Shown here one piece after another: positions 19,295 through 28,500 of a DNA stretch of 64,000 nucleotides (positions are counted from its first letter, which is position 1; each line of letters opens with the position of its first letter). The notes under the pieces were generated by a model. That model had not been told where the DNA came from. It did not search any database and saw only the letters and a list, made by a program, of their open reading frames with translations. The DNA is taken from assembly GCA_963761305.1 (NCBI GenBank), contig CAVXGK010000001.1, forward strand, positions 896,001-960,000, written 5' to 3'. The stretch comes from an uncultured Gemmatimonadaceae bacterium (GTDB taxonomy: Bacteria > Gemmatimonadota > Gemmatimonadetes > Gemmatimonadales > Gemmatimonadaceae). A program made the position numbers and the translations under genes.

Positions 19295-20424
19295 CGAACG
19301 ATTCGGAGCAGCCCCGCTATGGCGCTGCCGCGGATGAAGCTCTCCGCGTCGCTCGTCGGAATGCGAACTCCAGTCTGGCGGAAGCCGTGTTTCGAGACCA
19401 CGTCCATGAACTCGCGTACGGAATCAGTTGGGTTGCCCGTCTCGTCGCGCAGTCGACGGACGATGTCGTCCCATGACCCCGCAAAACGGCTGCCGTCGGG
19501 CGCGATCACCTGATGCTCATTCCCCGACCGCTGCTCGACGAGGGTGCTGAGGAGCGTACCGAACAACTCCAACTGTCCCCGCGCCGTCTCCGGCGCCGAT
19601 TCTTCCGGACCGCCCGGTCCGTCGAGCTCCATGAGCAACGTGTCGACGTCGTCGAGATCGCCCGCGAGCTCGGCCAATCGGTCTTCCCACGGCTTGAGCT
19701 CGGGGTCGTTGTCGCCCAGGCGATAGAGCGATCGCTTGAGCTCCATGAGACGCCAGATGCCCAGCTCGTCCCAGTGATCCTCGGGCTTGGTGCGCTCGAA
19801 ATGATAGAGGGCCGCTTCGTTCTCGCCCTGATCGTACAGGACGTTCGCGAGGTAGATGCGGGCCTCGTTGTGATCGCCGTCGATCTGCAACGAGCGGCGA
19901 AGCGACGCGATGGCTGCCTCGTCGTCGCCGAGTCGGTGCTGGGAGTAGCCGATGCAGGCGATGCCTTCGGCTGAATCGGGCGACTGCTGGACGGCCGTCT
20001 CGAAGAAATCCTTGGCGGCGTCGAAGAGCGTCTTGTTGTCGCGCACGGATGCTTCGCGGAACAGCGACCGCCCGACCTGCAGCATGAGATCGAGGTCATC
20101 CGCGTAGCCGAGCTCGAGCGTGCGTCGGAAGCAGCGCATCGCAGCCTCGTCCTGCCCGAGCTTGAGCAGAGTCTCGCCGAGACCGGCGAGAGCGTCTTCG
20201 TGCTCGGGTTCGAGCACGGCGGCCTGCTCGAAGGATTGGCGCGCCCACGCATACTCCTCACGTGCGAGTTGCGCGTAGCCCACCCCAACATGCAGCTCCA
20301 CCGAATTCGGGTAGAGCGCGAGTCCTTCTCGAAGTACAGTCAGCGCTTCATCATACTGGCCTTCGTTGTACAGCTGATGTGCGCGTTCGTCGTACTCTTC
20401 AGAACTCAGGAACGGGGTGGCCAT
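19291..20424 (-). CDS. TPR protein with an uncharacterised C-terminal domain
   Basis: Repeated TPR patterns (AHQLYNEGQYDEAL, LAGLGETLLKLGQ, LANVLYDQGE), an acidic linker and a small C-domain. Confidence 0.85.
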   Translation of the reverse strand: MATPFLSSEEYDERAHQLYNEGQYDEALTVLREGLALYPNSVELHVGVGYAQLAREEYAWARQSFEQAAVLEPEHEDALAGLGETLLKLGQDEAAMRCFRRTLELGYADDLDLMLQVGRSLFREASVRDNKTLFDAAKDFFETAVQQSPDSAEGIACIGYSQHRLGDDEAAIASLRRSLQIDGDHNEARIYLANVLYDQGENEAALYHFERTKPEDHWDELGIWRLMELKRSLYRLGDNDPELKPWEDRLAELAGDLDDVDTLLMELDGPGGPEESAPETARGQLELFGTLLSTLVEQRSGNEHQVIAPDGSRFAGSWDDIVRRLRDETGNPTDSVREFMDVVSKHGFRQTGVRIPTSDAESFIRGSAIAGLLRIVR

Positions 20425-20459
20425 CGTCAGCAAGCCTCCAGCTCATGAGGTGTATGCCT

Positions 20460-20489
20460 ATACTACAATCCGGGCCCAGCGAAGTTCAA
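20460..20489 (-). promoter_or_regulatory. Candidate sigma70 promoter for the TPR-TPR-M16 operon
   Basis: Minus strand TTGAAC-N18-TAGTAT, followed by a GGAGG RBS. Confidence 0.4.
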
Positions 20490-20510
20490 TAGTGAACGAA
20501 CGTTCGGCGG

Positions 20511-21446
20511 TTAGTCGGACATCGCCGCCAGTGCTACGGCAATCTCGGAAGCCAGCGCGGCGTTCTGTTCCAGCAGAGCTAGGTTTGCGACCAGCGAACT
20601 TCCACCCGTCAAACGAGTTACCGCGGACAAAAGGAAGGGCGTGACGTCGGCGCCGCGAAGGCCGCCTTCGACGACGCTTTTGTGAGCTGCGGTTACGGCT
20701 AGTTCGACCGCGTCGCGCGAGAGACGATGTTCCGCCGGCGGAGGTTGGACGACGAGGAGCGCTTGCCGGCGCCCAAGGGCCCGGTGCGCACGGAATACGG
20801 CCGCCACGTCGCCGGCGTTGTCGACCCGAACGTCGAGCGGAATGCCGGTTTCAGCAGTGAAGAATCCCGGCAACTCCGACGTCCGGTAACCCACGACGGG
20901 AACGCCGAAGCTCTCGAGCCGCTCCCAGGTCGCCGCAAGGTCGAGAATCGACTTGGCGCCCGCGCACACAACCACCACCGGCGTGTTCGCCAGTTCGGCG
21001 AGGTCGGCCGATTCGTCGAACGGCGACCCGCGGTGCACGCCGCCGATGCCACCCGTCGCGAACACCTCGATGCCGACGGCGTGAGCGAGCGCGACCGATG
21101 CGGCGACGGTCGTCGCGCCGTCGCGCCGTTGCGTCATCGCGGCCGGAATGTCGCGGGCTGAGACTTTTCTAACGCCGTCGCGGGCGAGGAATCGCTCGAG
21201 CTCGTCGTCGCGCAGGCCGATCGTCGGCGTACCGTGCACGACGGCGGTAATCGCCGCGACGGCCCCGGCGATCTCCACCGACGCGACCATGCGTCGCGCC
21301 GCTTCGCGGTTCTCCGGAATCGGAAGACCCTGCGCGATCACCGAGCTCTCCAACGCCACCACCGGCGCGCGTTCGTCGAGCGCGCGCGCAATGTGCGGCA
21401 ACACACGGATGACCGCGGGCCGATGATTGGTAGGCGTGGAAGGCAT
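20511..21446 (-). CDS. psuG: Pseudouridine-5'-phosphate glycosidase
   Basis: VALESSVIAQGLP, KVSARD, GATTVA, FATGGIGGVHR, GAKSILD and VTPFLL. Confidence 0.93.
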   Translation of the reverse strand: MPSTPTNHRPAVIRVLPHIARALDERAPVVALESSVIAQGLPIPENREAARRMVASVEIAGAVAAITAVVHGTPTIGLRDDELERFLARDGVRKVSARDIPAAMTQRRDGATTVAASVALAHAVGIEVFATGGIGGVHRGSPFDESADLAELANTPVVVVCAGAKSILDLAATWERLESFGVPVVGYRTSELPGFFTAETGIPLDVRVDNAGDVAAVFRAHRALGRRQALLVVQPPPAEHRLSRDAVELAVTAAHKSVVEGGLRGADVTPFLLSAVTRLTGGSSLVANLALLEQNAALASEIAVALAAMSD

Positions 21447-21475
21447 TGGGAAGCGACGGCTCGCTCCCCTTGAGT

Positions 21476-22057
21476 CTAACGCGACGCTCGGGCGGCCGTG
21501 ATGATCAGGCGCTCGGGCGCCGGCCCTACGTAGCGAATGGGCCACGACGTCGTCAGCGTGAGCGTGGTATCCGACGCGCGGGCGACGACGGGGTCGCCGC
21601 GCCCGACAATCCGCTTCGACAATACGATCCACTCGTCGCGGGCTGTGACCGACTCGGTCACGATCGTGTCGCCGGCGCTCACCGCGTCGAGGTGGCTGAA
21701 GTGGCGATCCCGTTCACCCGAGATGACGGAATTTCCGGGTTCGCCCGGGAAAGCGCTGCCCGACACGTGCGCCGGTCCCGCATTCAACGCATCGGACCCT
21801 TCGAGCACGATTTCGTCCAGATCGATGCTCGGAATCGCCAATCGTACGACGGGCGTTCCGTCGGCGATCGCGGTGGGGCCGCCGCGATGAGGCACCTGCG
21901 ACAGAGCAACGGTCGCCGGGACCTCGGAGCTGTTCCAGCTGTTCCACAGGTCGCGCGCATGCTGCGCATCCAGCGCGCCGGTCACATACCGTCCAGCCGA
22001 GAAGGAGAGCATCAGCCCTCCGGCGGCGTACAGAGACAGGCCGAGATATCTACGCAC
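21476..22057 (-). CDS. Class D-like sortase with substituted catalytic residues
   Basis: N-terminal anchor, RLAIPSIDLDEIVLEG, GPAH, PGEPGNSVISGERDRHF (His->Glu), TLTLTTSWP (Cys->Ser) and ERLII. Confidence 0.8.
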   Translation of the reverse strand: MRRYLGLSLYAAGGLMLSFSAGRYVTGALDAQHARDLWNSWNSSEVPATVALSQVPHRGGPTAIADGTPVVRLAIPSIDLDEIVLEGSDALNAGPAHVSGSAFPGEPGNSVISGERDRHFSHLDAVSAGDTIVTESVTARDEWIVLSKRIVGRGDPVVARASDTTLTLTTSWPIRYVGPAPERLIITAARASR

Positions 22058-22319
22058 GGTTCCTCGAGGGTCGAATGCTGCTCACCATGCCCGCCCCGGT
22101 CAGGAGCAGGCCGAGTCCCAGAAGCGCGAGAAGCGGCAAATCGCTCGCGGCGCCGGGGATCGTCGCCGCCGCGGCCGGGCGGCGCGAATCAACCGCCCTC
22201 TGCGCCGCGACTACCCCGCCCGCCGAGGGGAGCGTGGTCACCTGCGCCCACGACGCGACCGGCGTCGTTGCGAGGCCCACGAGGAGCGAGATGAAAAGAA
22301 ATGGTCGTCGGAGCGACAT
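22050..22319 (-). CDS. Small exported protein with a C-terminal sortase-type sorting signal
   Basis: Signal peptide ending ASWA|Q; C-terminal IPGAAS, hydrophobic LPLLALLGLGLLLTG and basic tail RPSRNRA; overlaps the sortase start by 8 bp. Confidence 0.65.
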   Translation of the reverse strand: MSLRRPFLFISLLVGLATTPVASWAQVTTLPSAGGVVAAQRAVDSRRPAAAATIPGAASDLPLLALLGLGLLLTGAGMVSSIRPSRNRA

Positions 22320-22460
22320 GATGATCACTTGCCAGGAGGGAAGGCATTAGCCGAGCCAACCGTGTTTGGGGGGATGGAGTGCGAATTCAGGGGGTTGAGG
22401 GTGGCACACCGTTGCGCCGGGGCAACAAGGGGGGCGCCGAGGCCACAGGCCACCGCTTCC

Positions 22461-23405
22461 TCACTTCGCGGCCTCCTTGCTCGGCCACGCGGCGACGACC
22501 AGCGCCCCGATCTTCCCCAGCGCCACCTGCCCTTCGTTGTCCACCACCCACCTGATATCAGAATTCTGTTTGGTGAATCCGCACGCCACGACCCGCGACT
22601 GAAGCCGGAACAGCGCACACTCGGTTCGCACCGAATCCGTCGCTCCCGTCTTGTGCGGGACGCTCATCCCGTCGATCGTGCGCTGCATCGAATCGCCATC
22701 GGCGTTGTTGCGCAGGATGTCGAGCATCGCCGAATCAGCCGCCGGATTCACGGCCTTGCCGTCCGCCAGCAGCGCGAACAGGTGCGCCATCTCGTTCGGC
22801 GTGCTCACGCCGAGCCCGTACTTCACGGAGCTGTCCATCGCCACGCTGGTGAGACGCAGGTAGGTCTTCGAGTGGACCTTGGTGTGCGGCAATCCGAGCG
22901 ACTCCATCTTCGACCAGACGCGGCGAATCGCGATGCGGTCGAGCAGGAGGTTGGTCGCCGTGTTGTCGCTCAGGACGATCATGAGCGACGCCGCGTCGTG
23001 CACGCTCATCGACATGCCCGGATGCATGAACTGCAGCACGCCGCTCCCCGGCACCTGGTCGATCTTGAGCACCGTGAGCGGATCGTCGAGCGAGAGCTGC
23101 TTCTTGTCGGCGAGATCGTAGAGCGTGACGAGGATCGGCACCTTGATCAGACTCGCGGTGGGAAACGTCTCGTCGCCGCGCAGGGAGAGCCGCTCGCCAG
23201 TGTCGAGGTTCCACACCGTGTAGCCGAGCACTCCATGATGCGCGGCGGCGACGGCGTCGAGCGAGCGGTGGAGCGCGGCGGTGTCGGCGCGCGCGAGCTC
23301 GCCCGTCGCGTGAGAGACGCCGCGAAAGGCGCCGCGAAAGGCGCCGCGCGAGACCCCGGCGATGGACAGCGCCACGCCGACGCCGATCGCGATTCCCCGA
23401 GTCAT
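22461..23405 (-). CDS. Serine hydrolase, class A beta-lactamase/PBP-like
   Basis: FPTASLIK (SxxK), SDNTATN and HKTG. Confidence 0.9.
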   Translation of the reverse strand: MTRGIAIGVGVALSIAGVSRGAFRGAFRGVSHATGELARADTAALHRSLDAVAAAHHGVLGYTVWNLDTGERLSLRGDETFPTASLIKVPILVTLYDLADKKQLSLDDPLTVLKIDQVPGSGVLQFMHPGMSMSVHDAASLMIVLSDNTATNLLLDRIAIRRVWSKMESLGLPHTKVHSKTYLRLTSVAMDSSVKYGLGVSTPNEMAHLFALLADGKAVNPAADSAMLDILRNNADGDSMQRTIDGMSVPHKTGATDSVRTECALFRLQSRVVACGFTKQNSDIRWVVDNEGQVALGKIGALVVAAWPSKEAAK

Positions 23406-24613
23406 GTCACTGTGCTCCTGTCAGCCTCGAACGGTTTCCACGCGCCGTCGCGCAGAATGTCGTCGATCATCGCCACCGCGCGATCGAGCTCGGCGTCCGA
23501 CGTATAGAAGTGCGGCGCGACGCGAATGCCGGCGCCCGGGCGATAGTCGACGATCACGTCATTGGCCAGCAGCGCGCGCGAGACGCCGAACGCATGCGGC
23601 ACGTCGAACGCAACGGTGCCCCCGCGGCGCGATGCGTCACGCGGAGCCGACACGCGATAGCCGCGCGCGTCGGCGAGCTCGATCAATCGCGACGTCTGCC
23701 GAATGCTCTTCGCGCGGATGGCGTCGATACCGGCCCGCCGCACGACGCGCGGACCTTCCACCGCCGCGAAGAGCGCGGGAATCGGCGGCGTACCGTTGAG
23801 CCACCGCCGCGCGCCTTCCGCGAATCGCATGTCCGCCTCGAAACCGAATGGCCGCTCGTGCGCTTGCCAGCCGGTGAACGCCGGCATGAGCGTCCGGCTG
23901 GCCTCGGCCGACGCGTAGAGGAAGGCGCCGCCGGGCCCTCCGCACAACCATTTCAACACGCCGCCGCTCAGGAAGTCGACGCCGAGCGACGTGACGTCGA
24001 CCGGCATCACGCCCACCGAGTGAAACGCGTCGAGCGACACTCGCGCGCCGACCTCGCGCGCGCGACGGCAAATCGCCGCGACGTCGAGGATGTAGGCTGA
24101 GCGAAACAACACTTGCGACACGGCGACGAGCGCCGTCCGTTCGTCGATCGCGGCGAGAAGGCGATCCATGTCGACACCGACACCGTCACCCGATGGCACG
24201 ACGACGATGCGCGCGCCCAATCGCTTTGCGAGCCCGTCGTAGATGTAGCGCACCGACGGAAAATCCAGCTCGGTCATCACGATCGCGTCGCGCGGCGGCG
24301 CGTAGCTCAACGCGCTCAGCACCGACGCCTGCGCGATCGTCACGTTCGGGAGCATGGCCACGCTGCCCGCCGGCGCGCCGATGAGCGGCGCGATCTCGTC
24401 GCCGACGGAGACCGGCATTTCCCACCAACCGTCGGCCCACGCGCGCACGCCGCGCTCCGCCCACTGATCGACGTACTCGGCCAACCGCTCGGGCACGGCC
24501 CGCGGCATCGCGCCAAGTGAATTCGAGACAAGGTACGTCGTGCGCTCGAGAATCGGGAACTCGGGGCGGAACTGGAGGAGTGAATCGCGGTCGGCGGAGC
24601 GCTCCTGGCTCAT
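23402..24613 (-). CDS. PLP-dependent class V aminotransferase-fold enzyme, kynureninase-like
   Basis: YLVSNSLGAMP, DFPS, DAFHSVG, GGVLKWLCGGPG (PLP Lys) and RVAPHFY. Confidence 0.82.
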   Translation of the reverse strand: MSQERSADRDSLLQFRPEFPILERTTYLVSNSLGAMPRAVPERLAEYVDQWAERGVRAWADGWWEMPVSVGDEIAPLIGAPAGSVAMLPNVTIAQASVLSALSYAPPRDAIVMTELDFPSVRYIYDGLAKRLGARIVVVPSGDGVGVDMDRLLAAIDERTALVAVSQVLFRSAYILDVAAICRRAREVGARVSLDAFHSVGVMPVDVTSLGVDFLSGGVLKWLCGGPGGAFLYASAEASRTLMPAFTGWQAHERPFGFEADMRFAEGARRWLNGTPPIPALFAAVEGPRVVRRAGIDAIRAKSIRQTSRLIELADARGYRVSAPRDASRRGGTVAFDVPHAFGVSRALLANDVIVDYRPGAGIRVAPHFYTSDAELDRAVAMIDDILRDGAWKPFEADRSTVT

Positions 24614-25977
24614 GTCGCAGGCTCCGCCACCGCGCGCACGACACGACGACCGCGGGCGCTCCCGGCGTAGATGCCCGCCGCGACCAGCGCGATCGCGACG
24701 AGTGACAGCCACTCCGCGCGCGCGAGACTCGTCAGCATCCACCCGATCGCGGCCAGCGCCAGCACCGGGACCGCGCCGCCCAACGGCGCGCGAAACGCCG
24801 CGTGAGGGCTCGACACGCCGTCGACAGACTCACGCCGCCGCAACAGCAGCACCGCGACGCAGCAGACCGCGTACACGACGAGCGTCGCCACGTTCGCGAT
24901 GATCGCCAACTGCTCGAACGTGCCCGTGGTCGCGAGCAGAATGACGATCGCCGCCTGGGCGAGAATCGCGACGTGCGGAGTAGCAAAGCGTTCGTGCACG
25001 CGCGCGAGCGCGCCGGGGAGATACCCGTCGCGCGCGAAGGCGAAGAGCATACGCGGAACGGCGAGCGTCACGCCGGCGACGTATCCGAACATCGAGATCA
25101 CCATGCCGGCGAGCACGAACGTCAGCCCGGACGGGCCGATCGCCGCACCCGCGGCGTCTGCCAACGGCGTCGCGCGCCCCGCAAGCGATGGGCCGAGCAC
25201 GCCCTGCGCGACGACCTGCACGGCGAGGTAGATGAAGGTGACCGTGGCCATCGCGATGAAAATGGCGCGCGGTATCGTTCGCTTGGGGTCGCGAACCTCG
25301 CCCGTCGGCGCCAGCGCGCTCTCGACGCCGAGGAACGCGAAGATGAGGAGCGTCGACGCCCTGGCGACGTCGCGGATCGGCGGGACGCCGTGCCAATGCA
25401 GGTTCGAGCGTCCGATCGCGCGGGAGCCGAACACGACGAGCGCGACGAGAGGCACCAGCTTTGCGACGGTGACGGCCGTGTTGAACCGACTCGCCCCTCG
25501 CACACCGACGACGTTCAGCGCCGCGAGCGCGGCCAGGACGGTGACCAGCATCGGGATGCGAATGCCCGGCGAGGCCAGCGCGGGCACGAGCGTTCCGAGC
25601 GCGTCGGCGAAGAACGACGCGACGGCCGCCGCCGCCACGCTGATTGCCGACCACAACATGAAGCCGGCGAAGAACCCGACCGTCGGGCCCAGCGCGAGGT
25701 CGATGAAGGCGTATACGCCGCCGGTCAGCGAGACGCGGCTGCCCGCTTCGGCAAAGCAGAGGACGATCAGGCCCATCGTCAGCGCGCAGACGAAGTACGC
25801 GACGGGAGCGGCCGGCCCGAGGACGCCGGCGATCGGCGCGGGCAGGCGAAAGATGCCGCCGCCGATCGTGAGATTGACGATGCTCGCCGCCATGCCCCAC
25901 GTGCCCAGGGCGCGCACGAGGGATTGCTCGCTCCGCGCGCGGTCCGGTCGATCCGGTCGATCGGCGTCGTTCGGCAT
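24610..25977 (-). CDS. APC-superfamily amino acid permease
   Basis: IGGGIFRLP, FAEAGSR, TGGVY, FAFLGVE and GEVRDPKRTIPRAI; about 12 TM helices. Confidence 0.92.
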   Translation of the reverse strand: MPNDADRPDRPDRARSEQSLVRALGTWGMAASIVNLTIGGGIFRLPAPIAGVLGPAAPVAYFVCALTMGLIVLCFAEAGSRVSLTGGVYAFIDLALGPTVGFFAGFMLWSAISVAAAAVASFFADALGTLVPALASPGIRIPMLVTVLAALAALNVVGVRGASRFNTAVTVAKLVPLVALVVFGSRAIGRSNLHWHGVPPIRDVARASTLLIFAFLGVESALAPTGEVRDPKRTIPRAIFIAMATVTFIYLAVQVVAQGVLGPSLAGRATPLADAAGAAIGPSGLTFVLAGMVISMFGYVAGVTLAVPRMLFAFARDGYLPGALARVHERFATPHVAILAQAAIVILLATTGTFEQLAIIANVATLVVYAVCCVAVLLLRRRESVDGVSSPHAAFRAPLGGAVPVLALAAIGWMLTSLARAEWLSLVAIALVAAGIYAGSARGRRVVRAVAEPAT

Positions 25978-26142
25978 CGTGGGCGTGGCGCGGGGGAAAG
26001 GTCGGTCGTCGGGAGAGTGGGAACGCGGCGGCGCGGTCGCGAGTTCAAGACTTCACCGGAGCAAGGCTACAACAGTAGATTCGCGCCGCACCGCGCGCCA
26101 CCGGTCACGCCACCGCCGATTCACCACACCGATATTTCAGCA

Positions 26143-27276
26143 ATGAGCCGTACGCCGACGACTTCCGTTTCGGGCTCCACGCCCCCCCGCGAGCGCCGCA
26201 TCGCGCTCGTGCTCGGCGGCGGCGGGATGAAGGGGTTTGCCCACATCGGCGTCATTCAGGCGCTCGAGGAACGCGGGATCGTCCCCACGCTGTACGCCGG
26301 CACGAGCATCGGCGCGATGATGGCGGCGGCGCGCGTCGCGGGGATGTCGGCCGCCGAGCTGCTGGACCGCGCCCAGTCGCTGCGGCGTCGCGACCTGTTT
26401 CGCATCAATCATTTCGGAATGCTCATGGAGCGCATGCGGTCGCCCTCCATCTACCTCGAAGAGCCGCTGCGCGAGCTGACGCACGCCGTGGTGCCGGAGG
26501 GGACGTTCGCCAACCTCCCGGGCCGCCTCCTCGTCAACACGGTCGACATCGAGCGCGGCATGCAGGTGATCTGGGGCCTCAACGGCCTCCAGAACGTGTC
26601 CGTGCGCGACGCGGTGTACGCGTCGTGCGCGCTGCCGGGCTACTTCCCGCCCGGCCGCGTCGGCGACCGGCTGTGCGTGGACGGCGGTGTGGTGGACAAC
26701 CTTCCGGTCGCCATCGCCGCCCTCGACGCCGACCTGATCATCGCCGTCGACGTCGGGAGCACCGACCTGCGCCCAATCCAGAACGCGCTGTCGCTCGGCT
26801 TCGCCAACATCTACCTTCGCGCCGCGGCGACGATGATGCACTCGCTGCAGCAATTTCCGCTCACGCACTGGAGCGGGCCGCCGATGGTGCTCGTGCGGCC
26901 GCGCGTCGGCGAGGACTGGCTCAGCTTCTCGAACATCGCCGGCACGATCGAGGAGGGGCATCGCGCGGGGCTCAAGGCGCTGGAAGACATCGACGCCTAC
27001 TACGGCCAGGCGAGCGGCGTCTATCCGCGCCGGCTGTTCGAGATCGAGGTCGATCGCGACCGATGCGTCGGGTGCGCGCTCTGCGTCGCGCTCGCGCCGG
27101 CGACGATGGCGCTCGACGGACAGGGCAAGGCCTACGCACTGGCGCACACCGCGAACTGGTCGCCGGCCGATGGCGAATTCGTTCAGTTTTGCCCGACCAA
27201 CGCGATCATCGCGCGAAAGATCGAGCGCATCCTGCCGCCTACACCCGTCGCCGAGGACGAGCGGGGAGCCGCGTGA
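26143..27276 (+). CDS. Patatin-like phospholipase with a C-terminal ferredoxin domain
   Basis: LGGGGMKG, GTSIG and DGG; C-terminal VDRDRCVGCALC...CPTNAI. Confidence 0.9.
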   Translation: MSRTPTTSVSGSTPPRERRIALVLGGGGMKGFAHIGVIQALEERGIVPTLYAGTSIGAMMAAARVAGMSAAELLDRAQSLRRRDLFRINHFGMLMERMRSPSIYLEEPLRELTHAVVPEGTFANLPGRLLVNTVDIERGMQVIWGLNGLQNVSVRDAVYASCALPGYFPPGRVGDRLCVDGGVVDNLPVAIAALDADLIIAVDVGSTDLRPIQNALSLGFANIYLRAAATMMHSLQQFPLTHWSGPPMVLVRPRVGEDWLSFSNIAGTIEEGHRAGLKALEDIDAYYGQASGVYPRRLFEIEVDRDRCVGCALCVALAPATMALDGQGKAYALAHTANWSPADGEFVQFCPTNAIIARKIERILPPTPVAEDERGAA

Positions 27277-27997
27277 TCTCGAGCACGGACGTGATCGCGG
27301 CGCCGTCCCAGACGTAGCGCAGATGCTTTCGTTCGCGGCAATGCGACAGCGCCCGCGGACGAAAGACGCCGGCGCATCGCCCGCCGTCGTGTCGCACTGA
27401 ATCGTAGACGACGCCGGTCGATCCGCCCGCGCGCAGCACGCCGCCGAGCAGCTGCGATGCCGTGTAGTCGTCGAGGCGGTACACGTCGGGCATGATGGCG
27501 CGCATGCCGCGCAAGTCGTGGAGCGGCGCTTTCACCGTGACGCACAGGACGCGCATGTCGAGCTCGCACGGCGCCTCGCGCGTGGCGCGCATGAACCGCT
27601 CGCGATGATAGCGCGTCTCGGCGATGGCGACCGATTCGCGCTGGGCGGCGTAGAAGACGCCGAAGGTGCCGTTGCTGAACCGGCTTCCGTCGGGCGAGAC
27701 GTGCGTGAACGCGGCCATGATGTAGCTCGATCCCGGCCCGACGACCCGGTCATCGCGTTTGCCGCCCGCGGCGGCGTTCGCCGCGCTCAGACGCGGATTG
27801 AACGCGTCCTCGATCGAGTGCACGGCGTCGAGATCGGCGGCCGCGGCCACGCGCTTGAACAGATCGGCCGGCGGGAAGACGCTCGGGATGATGCGCACGG
27901 CGTTCTTCCAGTGGATTCGGCGGACGGGAATCGGCCGATCGGCGGACGGCGCGAGCGCGACGACTTTCGAATCCGCGCGCAGCACGCGTTCAGGCAA
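27239..27997 (-). CDS. RES-domain toxin (MbcT/ParT-like NAD+-targeting)
   Basis: Conserved R (VRIIPS), SRFSNGTFGVFYAA, E (AIAETRYH) and S (YDSVR). The TTG start has a GGAG RBS and overlaps the antitoxin stop. Confidence 0.88.
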   Translation of the reverse strand: MPERVLRADSKVVALAPSADRPIPVRRIHWKNAVRIIPSVFPPADLFKRVAAAADLDAVHSIEDAFNPRLSAANAAAGGKRDDRVVGPGSSYIMAAFTHVSPDGSRFSNGTFGVFYAAQRESVAIAETRYHRERFMRATREAPCELDMRVLCVTVKAPLHDLRGMRAIMPDVYRLDDYTASQLLGGVLRAGGSTGVVYDSVRHDGGRCAGVFRPRALSHCRERKHLRYVWDGAAITSVLEITRLPARPRRRV

Positions 27998-28394
27998 AGT
28001 CTCCGCCCCGCTCGGCGTCGAGATACGCGCGCACCAGAAAGAGTCCGGCGACACCGCTGGTCATGAGCTCGAGGGCCGGCCGTCCCCCGAACAGCGGCGC
28101 GTCGTTCGGCCGGTGAATCCACGTCGCCGCCGCGGCGGCGGGAAGGAGAATCTGCAGACTCTTGTAGATCCCGAACACGTGCGACAGGCGCTCGAGGGTG
28201 TCGGGCGGAAGCGACGCGGGCGCGGCTTTCTTCCACCGGAAGAACGTCGTGCGCGACGGGAGTCCGAGGAGCGCCATCTGCTGCGCCGTGTCGAGATCCC
28301 ATTCGCCCGCGATGCGGAGGAACGTGGCGAGTCCGGCGCGCGCGAGTCGCGGGGGACTCGGCGCGGTCGCGGGAACGGGAACGCGAAGGGTCAT
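27990..28394 (-). CDS. Xre/MbcA/ParS-family antitoxin
   Basis: FLRIAGEWDL...LLG...TFFRWK HTH, then LERLSHVFGIYKSLQIL and W..RPN..PLFGGRPAL..M...VRAYLDAERG. Confidence 0.9.
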   Translation of the reverse strand: MTLRVPVPATAPSPPRLARAGLATFLRIAGEWDLDTAQQMALLGLPSRTTFFRWKKAAPASLPPDTLERLSHVFGIYKSLQILLPAAAAATWIHRPNDAPLFGGRPALELMTSGVAGLFLVRAYLDAERGGDFA

Positions 28395-28429
28395 CGGGGC
28401 AAGTCTCAAAGGGGTTACGGATTCAAATA

Positions 28430-28447
28430 TAGTACCAAATGGTACTA
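28430..28447. promoter_or_regulatory. Palindromic operator of the Xre-RES module
   Basis: TAGTACCA-AA-TGGTACTA has perfect 8-bp arms and abuts a minus-strand TATATT -10 element. Confidence 0.7.
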
Positions 28448-28500
28448 CGGCCAGCCCGGCAAACCCCGCCCCCCGCCCCGCCGGCCTCGCGGGCGCCGCG

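Noticed and set aside
22401..22420. Sigma54 promoter upstream of the sortase pair
   Set aside because: GG-to-GC spacing is 9 or 11, not the required 10, on either strand.
22461..23405. Bona fide class A beta-lactamase resistance gene
   Set aside because: SxxK, SDN and KTG are present, but no clear Glu166 motif, and the context is not mobile.
24802..26142. 447-aa N-terminal extension of the patatin ORF
   Set aside because: It is the antisense shadow of the amino acid permease; patatin motifs begin after the ATG at 26143.
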